Source: Adineta vaga
Lineage: Eukaryota; Animalia; Rotifera
Length of the DNA: 64,000 nt
Direction of reading: 5' to 3'
Assembly: GCA_021613535.1 (NCBI GenBank)
Contig: CP075492.1
Span: 8,246,001-8,310,000 of the forward strand
Numbering within the stretch: the stretch's first letter is position 1; each line of letters begins with the position of its first letter. Shown piece by piece: positions 56,364-64,000 of this stretch. The translations under genes and the position numbers were made by a program. Below the pieces are notes generated by a model. It ran no database searches, had not been told where the DNA came from, and worked only from the letters and a program-made list of their open reading frames with translations.

Positions 56364-56633
56364 ATGAATTCTACTCTAATAGATCTCCGTGAATTATCAC
56401 AATCATCAGATATTTCCATTTCAGGAGGTATTAATACACGTCAATGGCTTGTAATTATTGGTATAGTCACAATCATTCTATTACTATTATCAATATGTAT
56501 ACGATGTATTTTTCATCTACGTCATATTTATCAACATATTGAAATTGACGATCATAAATCGAAATGTGAATATTCAAACTATCAACCTATTTCATTGAAT
56601 GATTTTTCTGCTAGATCTATCTATACTGTTTAA
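56364..56633 (+). CDS. Small single-pass membrane protein (89 aa) with juxtamembrane CxxC and cytoplasmic tyrosines
   Basis: N-terminal NST sequon, TM WLVIIGIVTIILLLLSI, CIRC, YQHI, YQPI, C-terminal IYTV; acceptor-like TTGCAG just before ATG. Confidence 0.65.
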   Translation: MNSTLIDLRELSQSSDISISGGINTRQWLVIIGIVTIILLLLSICIRCIFHLRHIYQHIEIDDHKSKCEYSNYQPISLNDFSARSIYTV

Positions 56634-57054
56634 TGAAATCTTCTTCTTCTTCTTTTTTTCTATTGTATTGTTCAACTTTCTCATCAATTATATGCATGAA
56701 AAAATCCTTGGTAATCATTTAAATGAATTATTACCTATATTTCCTAATAGATAAAATACTTTCATTGTCTTGTTTGACAATAGCATGATAATGAGTTCAA
56801 AAAATGTCTCTAAGGAATAAATCGCCTTTTCCGTTAACTAATGACAAACAAGTCTTTGTTATTGTTGTTGATGTTTTATTCAATATTTCTCAAAGAATGA
56901 ATAGAATTGATGTTCTTAATTAAGAATTGCATGAATAAATCTAGAGAATAGACGAGATGTTTTTTCTTTTTATTTAAAAATTTTCCTTTTTTTAAATAGA
57001 GTTCAAGATAATTGAATTAGAATGGAATTATTTTTTTGAATTTGGTCAAAGCAT

Positions 57055-57297
57055 TCATTCATTATTGGCCATGGATGCTGATCGTTTCCAAAAATGACGA
57101 TATGGTGCACGTTTCCAAAAGCGTGATTTGGCAGCACGAACATCGAGTTGGTGAGATGGAGCATAGTTGTCTAAGTCCACCCAATCCATATGTGTAGCTG
57201 CATGATCATCATGGTCAAGCGAAACACTCGATGAAAGTGTAACACCAATGATAAGAATGAAAAAACAGAGAATTGTATTGATGAAAATTGTACGCAT
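57055..57297 (-). CDS. Neuropeptide-like precursor yielding non-amidated ...FW peptides (AAKSRFW, APYRHFW)
   Basis: Signal peptide MRTIFINTILCFFILIIGVTLS, acidic pro-region, two FW-KR units without Gly. Confidence 0.8.
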   Translation of the reverse strand: MRTIFINTILCFFILIIGVTLSSSVSLDHDDHAATHMDWVDLDNYAPSHQLDVRAAKSRFWKRAPYRHFWKRSASMANNE

Positions 57298-58267
57298 GAT
57301 TACTAAATTGAATATCTAGAGAAGACCAAATGAACAAGAATATTCTTACCAAGTTTAGAGATGATAATCGATTGATTGAAGTTGTATCGAATGATGGTAA
57401 AATAGAAAATTTCTTCGAATAAAAGTCTCTCTCTCTCTCTCTTGACTTTTCGGTAGTCAATGATCTCTCGTTTTTTTCTCTTTTCAAGATTTCTTCATAT
57501 CGATTAGTAAATCCATTAATCTATTCAAATAAATCAAAAAGAAATGTCAACAATTTTTTCTTCTTTTTGATTGTATAGTTATTTTCCGATGTTATTCAAG
57601 ATTTTGATATAGAATCGGCAAATATCAAAATGAAAATAAGGAAGTTATTTGAATCTCTTTGATAGAACTTTCAAGTATCCCACGCTTTTAAGTACTTTTT
57701 CATTACAATCATTTTCATCACCAATTAGTTCAAATGACTAAACGACTAAATTATTGAATTTATTTTGTATTATTATCATCACAGAAATCGATTAAAAATA
57801 GTTAAATATTGCTAACATTTGACATCTGTAAAACAGCTAGTGCATTTTTTTATCACTAATGATCATCTTGAAATAAATGAGAAAACATTATTCATCTTTA
57901 CATAATTATATTTATTATCTCACCCTTCCTTCGTTTTTTTTCTCTTTACGCATGATTTATATTGATCAATTGAAATGAAACGATATGTTTTGTCTTGTCT
58001 TTTGACCATGAAGTGTATTATTCATCATCAGATAAATGAAGTTTTTTTTTGTCTAAACTATTCTTGATGGTCAATGAATTACCTTTTTTCTCAAATGCCT
58101 CAAGCAATTTCGTACCTATTTTCATTATGAAGTTTATGCACATAAAACAAACTGCTCTTCTCACACTCGATAACAGACATCATGATTTCTTCATTTTGAC
58201 CATGCTAAATGCAATAGAAACCCTTCAAGTTACACGTTTCATATCATTATCATTAAAGAAATGACTC

Positions 58268-58275
58268 TATATAAA
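58268..58275 (+). promoter_or_regulatory. TATA box of the Q-rich gene
   Basis: TATATAAA about 85 bp upstream of ATG 58353. Confidence 0.45.
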
Positions 58276-58352
58276 TATCAGGTATCTTCAGCATATATTA
58301 CTTTTTTCGTGAAATTTGTTTTCATCATCTATACACGTAAACCTATCAAATC

Positions 58353-58888
58353 ATGCAATTTCCTCAACAACAACAACAATACGGTGCCTTACCAGCCCAA
58401 GTAAGATATTTTCAAAAGGAGATTTCGAATTAATTCTCTATTTCATTTAGTGTCAACAATGTCTCTTAACACCTGGTTATTCACAACCACAGCAACAATA
58501 TTTTCCCAATAGTGGATACTATCCGCAACAAAACTTCAACAATCCATACCAGCAACAGCAATATCCATTCTATCCTCAACAGCAACAACAACAACAATAT
58601 CCATTCTATCCTCAGCAACAACAACAACAATATCCATTCTATCCTCAACAGCAGCAACAATATTCATTTTATCCTCAACAACAATTTCAATTCTACCCAC
58701 AACAACAGCAACAACAACAATGGCCAAATTTAGCTCAAGGACTTCTAGGACAAAATGCATATGGTTATCAACAATATTGGCCACAACAACAACACCGAGT
58801 TTTTGAACGCCGAAAAACTCCTACAACATCACCTGCTCGTCATGAACAAGAAAAACCGAAGAAAGTCTATGAACGACTTTATTCTTAG
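58353..58888 (+). CDS. Glutamine/tyrosine/proline-rich repeat protein (about 161 aa, 2 exons), absent from ORF track
   Basis: MQFPQQQQQYGALPAQ|gtaag...ttag|CQQCLLTPGYSQPQQQYFPNSGYYPQQ...(QYPFYPQQQQ)n...KPKKVYERLYS-TAG; intron 58401-58450, phase 0; downstream AATAAA near 59000. Confidence 0.8.
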
Positions 58889-59785
58889 GGATTTTTCCAT
58901 ATGAATCAAAATAACATTCACTTATTCTTCTTCGTTTTTTTTTCTTACATTCATAGGATTCATTTTTAAAACTTTTTAACTCATTTATTTTCTCAGCAGA
59001 ATAAAAGATTTTCTTTTTATCAAATCACTTTATTTTACCGTCTAATCGATTGTCAAGAGTTCGACATTTACATGAAAGAGTATTTCTCCCTTTTTGATCT
59101 CTACTAGAAAAGACTTCTTTCTTTGCTGATTTGTGAAAAGAGGGAAAAAAAATCAATTAGATTTCTGTCAATAAAACGTCATATGAAATATTCAAAAATA
59201 AATTTCTCTTAAGGTAACATAGTTAACAATCAAGTGTGTGTTTTTTTTTTCTCTTTTTTGAATCAACATGACTAGATTTGATAATTAATCATTGATTAAG
59301 TTTTTCTCTTCTTGAAAAAAAAAGGAAGAAGGAAAAATGTTCAAACAATACATTTTAAATGAAAGGTCAATCAAACAACTTGTAGAAAGAAGAAGAATGA
59401 TTTTTTCCAATGAATAATTCCATTGCATGTCTGATTTGATATTCATTTCGACATGTTCAATTTCTTCATTTACCTTTATCTTTTCCAAAAAAAAAGAAGA
59501 AAAAAAATCAAAGAAAATTGAACAGTAATGAGCGCAAGAAAACAAAACGAGACAAAAATGACAATGACAAAAAAAACGAATGAATGAATGAATGATTGAA
59601 TAGCAAATAAAAATGAAGAGAAAAAAAGTAAATACATAAGTCTGTTTTCCCTCCTTCTCTCTCTCTCTCTCTGCTTTGCTCTTTTTCTTTATACTTCATG
59701 CACATACACCGGGGTATCTGCTCGTAGCCTAGTCGAAAAAAAGAGGAATGAATGATAACCATGACAAGCAAGAGAGTGAGAGATT

Positions 59786-62079
59786 TTAAACAGCAAACAT
59801 TTGAGGAATATATAAATCTGATTCATTCAACGATTGAGATAAATCATCCAGAGCAACTAGATTTGTATTCATAGATGATGAAGGATCGACTGGCATTCCA
59901 GTTGGATCAGTAGTTCCATTTGTTGCATACATACTTGCGTACAGACGACGCTAAATTAATTTTGAGAAAAAGAATATAGACTATAATGATAAAGTTTCGC
60001 ATACCTTCTTAGCTTCATTCTCCATCACTTCATAATGGTCGGCATAATGTACATTTGGATTCGTCGTTGTTCCATACATACGATAATGTTGTTGTTGCTG
60101 TTGTTGCTGTTGCTGTTGTTGTTGTAAAATATGACGAGAATGTTGTTGTTGCTGTTGTTGAGAAGGATCAAGATAAGGTAATTCAATCAGTCCATTCTTT
60201 CCTTTATTTGTGGTCACTAATGTTCGTCGAACGATAGGTCGTAATTTATACAATGGAGGTTCAGGGGCGTTTGCTGTTATACATTTTGGACATAACCATG
60301 TCTCTGGGATATCATCACTAAATACACCTTCATTAGTAGGAGCATCTGTATGAGAAGACTAGAAAGAAGAAAAATACATTGTCAAGAAGTTTGTTCGATG
60401 TTACTATGAATAAGAAAACTATTGGATTTACATGAAAACATGGTAAATGATGAATTTCCATACAACGTTCACATTCATAAAGAATTTCTTCAGGTTTTAA
60501 TTGAGATAATTTTCGAGAACCTTTCTTTTTCAAGCAAACTTGACATGATGCTGTTGAAGGTAGAATTGGAGCAATACATTGTTTAGTTAAACAACATTGT
60601 TTCATTTTTCCAACGCCACCAAATTTAGGCATATCTTTACAATGTACACATTCGGAACAATCATCTCGACAACATGGTTCACATTGTTTACATCTAGAAG
60701 ATGAACAAAAACAAATCAGCATATAAAACGAAAATAATTGGCAAAATTCATACCGAACACGTTTATGTCGATCTTTTGCAGTGGTACTTTTATCGGTTTG
60801 ATAGTGTTGTTGAGTGGGAGATGTAGTTGGATTGTATTGATTATAATTATTAACATACTGTTGTTGTTGTTGTTGTTGTTGCTGTTGCTGTTGTGGAGAA
60901 TAATAATTTGAAGAATTAGAACTAGCTAATGGTCCACTTAATAGGACAGTTGTTGATGGATGTAATGTAACAACACTTGAACTTGGTTGTTGCATTGACA
61001 ATGTATCATATTGATGAGAAGGATGAAGATGATGAAAAGATGGTTGTTGCATATCGTTGTCAACAGGATTTTTACGTTTTATGCCTTGAAAAGACTCCGT
61101 TTCGTTCTAAGAGAAAGAAAGATATACGCAATGAATGTTATATCATCAATGAAGAGAAGAAGAAAAAACACCATGTCGAAACACGATGACTTTTGTAATA
61201 GTTTATTTAGAGCTCCGACTTTATGTACATGTGTCTATCTCTATTGTTTTTCTTCAGCTTACTTGATTGTTAGTTGAATCGAACGAATAGTGATGATGAT
61301 TATAGTTGTAATGAATTAGTGATTGACCAGTTACTGATAAATGGGGATCATCAGAAGCATGATCAATAAGAAGACGCTAGAAATAAGATTCACTTATATA
61401 TTTATATTAAAGTCCAAGGTTAACAACAAATAGAATGAGAGGTCAAGTGAATTTGACGTGTAAATATCTATTCAGAGGATATATAGACATTGTCATAGTT
61501 CTTTTCTATTGATCAGATTCTTTTAAATAGAAATTATTTAAACAGATGAAATATTAACGAGAGTATTTTATGTATATATTATCGAGGTCAAATAACTAAC
61601 CCTCAAGAGAGAGTGAGTGAGTGAGAGAGAGAGAGATTTTGTTGGGTAAATTCTTTCAATTTAATTTACTATACCTCCATAGATTCCAAAAGTTGTTGTG
61701 GTTGAACGAGATCTTCCGGGATCGATTTGTCTTTTAATTTGCGTAAGAGAGCACATAATGTTTTCAAACCGTCTAGTTCAAATTGAGTCAAATGTTGATG
61801 TGTTACTTCAATGTCTTTATTATTATTATGATTGTTCACTAGCAACAATTGACTTGTTTGACAAGGTTTCAGATCTAAAGGCAGAGCAATAATATATATA
61901 TATATATGTGGAAGAAATTGAGACAAAAGGGCTTCCTATTTGCTGCTCATCATTTGAACAGAATAACAATGGACCTCTCGAAATACGAAGAAGGATAGTG
62001 AATATGAATAAGAAAAGAAAAAAACATCATAGTTTTCAAAAGAAAACGAGAGAGAAGAGATACCTTGATTTACAAACAT
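59786..62079 (-). CDS. KDM2-derived protein: post-JmjC helical segment + CXXC zinc finger + PHD finger; no F-box/LRR, no JmjC within window
   Basis: HLTQFELDGLKTL...RLLIDHASDDPHLSVTG (KDM2 post-JmjC helices); RVRCKQCEPCCRDDCSECVHCKDMPKFGGVGKMKQCCLTKQC (CXXC); CQVC...LYECERCMEIHHLPC...WLCPKC (PHD); stop TAA 59786-59788. The start exon MFVNQ(G)|gtatct at 62079 is tentative. Confidence 0.78.
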
Positions 62080-64000
62080 ATGTCTACCTGTCTGCACTAA
62101 TCGATCGCAATTATAAAGATTTTTTACAGAACTAAAACTGCATACAACTAGAAATAAATCGAAGCAATGAACAAAGCAAAAAGGAGAGACAGAAACAGAG
62201 AGAGAAAAAAGACGACGAGTTTTTCCCTTTTTCGCTCCTATGCGCTCATTCATAAAAGATTTGAGTAATTTGCACACAGATTTCTTTTCTTCTCTCTCTC
62301 CCTCTCTGTCTCTCTCTCTCTTTTCTTTGAGTGATCAGAAGACAGCAATAGCATAGGAAAAGAGGGAAGGAAAAATTTTGAACAAAGAACAAGGCACAAG
62401 CGCGCATTGTGTAGCGAGAACATATTATTATGATTGTGTGTGTGTGATTGCACAAGCGAGAGAAAGTGATTGACGAGTGAGAGAAAGAAACGAGAACGTC
62501 GAATGATCAGGTTGTAATAGCGGTAGTGCGTATTAATTATTCTCTTCTTTTTCCTTCTAGTTTTTTTTGTCATTTCAAATAAGAATTTCAAATTGATGGT
62601 CTTCACCTACTTCTCGAGATTTCCAAGTGCAATACATAGGCACTACTTGAAAATTTATAATAAATATATGCGTAGTAGTTTGGCCAAGAAAAGAGAAGAA
62701 AAGAGAGAGAGAGAGTGGGTGAAAGATTTCATTTATTAATTAGCAAACACAAACGTTTTTTCTTCTGCTTCTTCTTCTGTTTCTTAACAAAGAAAAATTA
62801 ACAACAAAAATCAATGTTCTCATTGATGTTGATTCTTCTTTGATTTCTTTTCTTTTATTTACTAATGTTTGAGATTGTCAAATACGAGATAAACCAGAAG
62901 CAAAAAGAATTGAACTAAGTTAGTTCACTAAAACACGAACTATTTACTGCGAAGAGAAAAATACGTAAAATATTTGAAGAAAAAGAAATGTCATATTTCG
63001 TTGTTGATTATTTTCGGTTGGATGGACGATATAAAAAGAAATTCTTGCCTTTTTTTCTCCTTCTTCTTCTCCTTCTTCTTTTTCTCTTGGTTCGTTCTTT
63101 CCTTTCTCATTCAATTGAATGACAATTGTTCACAAAGTTAATCGATACATTTTTTTTTTATTTAGTCAATATAAAGAAAAGAAAGAAGAAAATCCTTGAA
63201 AAGCTGCTTACTAAAGCTGACTCGTTCGAATACATATCGACATGCTTTTCAAACAATATTTTTCTATATACATACATATATCTTAAAAAGATGACGGTGA
63301 TGATATTATCAATATACGAAATCATTCAGCATGCTAGTGATGATCGTCGATGTTGACGACAACATGCTTTTGTGTGCACTATACATTCGTCTCCTGAGAC
63401 AGTATAAAATGTATTGACGTATGCAGGAAATAGTAACAGCAAAAAAATCATTATGATCACCATCTTATTTTATCGTTTTCCTTCATCATTCTATACCCAA
63501 AGAGACTATTATCTGATTATCTTAACTATTTGCGCATTTCTCAATATAAAATACCAACTATTACCTCTAGAGCATTCTTCTTCTCATGTTCAAGAACAAA
63601 CACGATTACAAATGACTATATATATCTCTATTTCTATTTCTATTGAAATCATTCAACAAATACATCGAGCGATTCTCTAAGAAAAGACAATGTCAATATC
63701 GAACTTAAATAAAGTTTTTGTACAACGAAATGGATACTTCCATGTTTGCTATCATCATGAGACAAGCACTTGCTAGATTACATACATACAAATATATGAA
63801 AAGAGGAAGAAGAGTAGATCCGTTCCGGAATAATTCGAAGAGGAAGACATCTAGAATTGATAATTGACATCATGAGGAAAAGAGGAAGAAGCATGCTTGA
63901 CAAGAGAGAATATGTACGCTCTCTTACACTTGACGAAATCGATGATCGACAACGATGATCAATAAGAGAGCGTAGTTCAAGAAAAAAAAGTTAGTTTCTT

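Noticed and set aside
58512-58784. N-rich plus ORF and V-rich minus ORF in the track
   Set aside because: Wrong-frame and antisense readings of the Q-rich gene.
62100-64000. Several short ORFs checked as possible JmjC exons of the KDM2-like gene
   Set aside because: No JmjC motifs (e.g. TDFHxD) found; low-complexity non-coding sequence.

Overview
AT-rich, gene-dense animal genomic DNA with many short (about 50-70 bp) GT-AG introns. The NHL-repeat/polycystin-1 fusion, intron style and gene set suggest a bdelloid rotifer (inference only). I found about 22 protein-coding genes and no rRNA, tRNA, CRISPR array or recognisable transposon. In order: 5'-truncated NHL-mucin-REJ-GPS-PLAT-channel polycystin-1-like gene; RBM15/Spenito-like; NPAS4/dysfusion-like bHLH-PAS; a 4-TM protein; AP3D1 head-to-head with SLC35B1; glycogen phosphorylase; six co-oriented minus-strand genes (PPxY micro-membrane protein, OGFr_N-like gene of possible foreign origin, ILRUN, two SPT small-subunit paralogues, CCDC66); a divergent E2; a Toll-type LRR receptor with no TIR domain; 14-3-3 epsilon; a Pro-rich protein; two neuropeptide precursors; a small TM adaptor-like protein; a Q/Y/P/F repeat protein missed by the ORF track; and a KDM2-derived CXXC-PHD gene without F-box/LRR and without JmjC in the window. 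Top leads: a candidate trans-spliced operon (SPTSS-ILRUN-OGFr-like), the TIR-less Toll, the reader-only KDM2, and the neuropeptide/small-protein cluster. Gene models were spliced by eye and family calls come from motif recall, not database searches.
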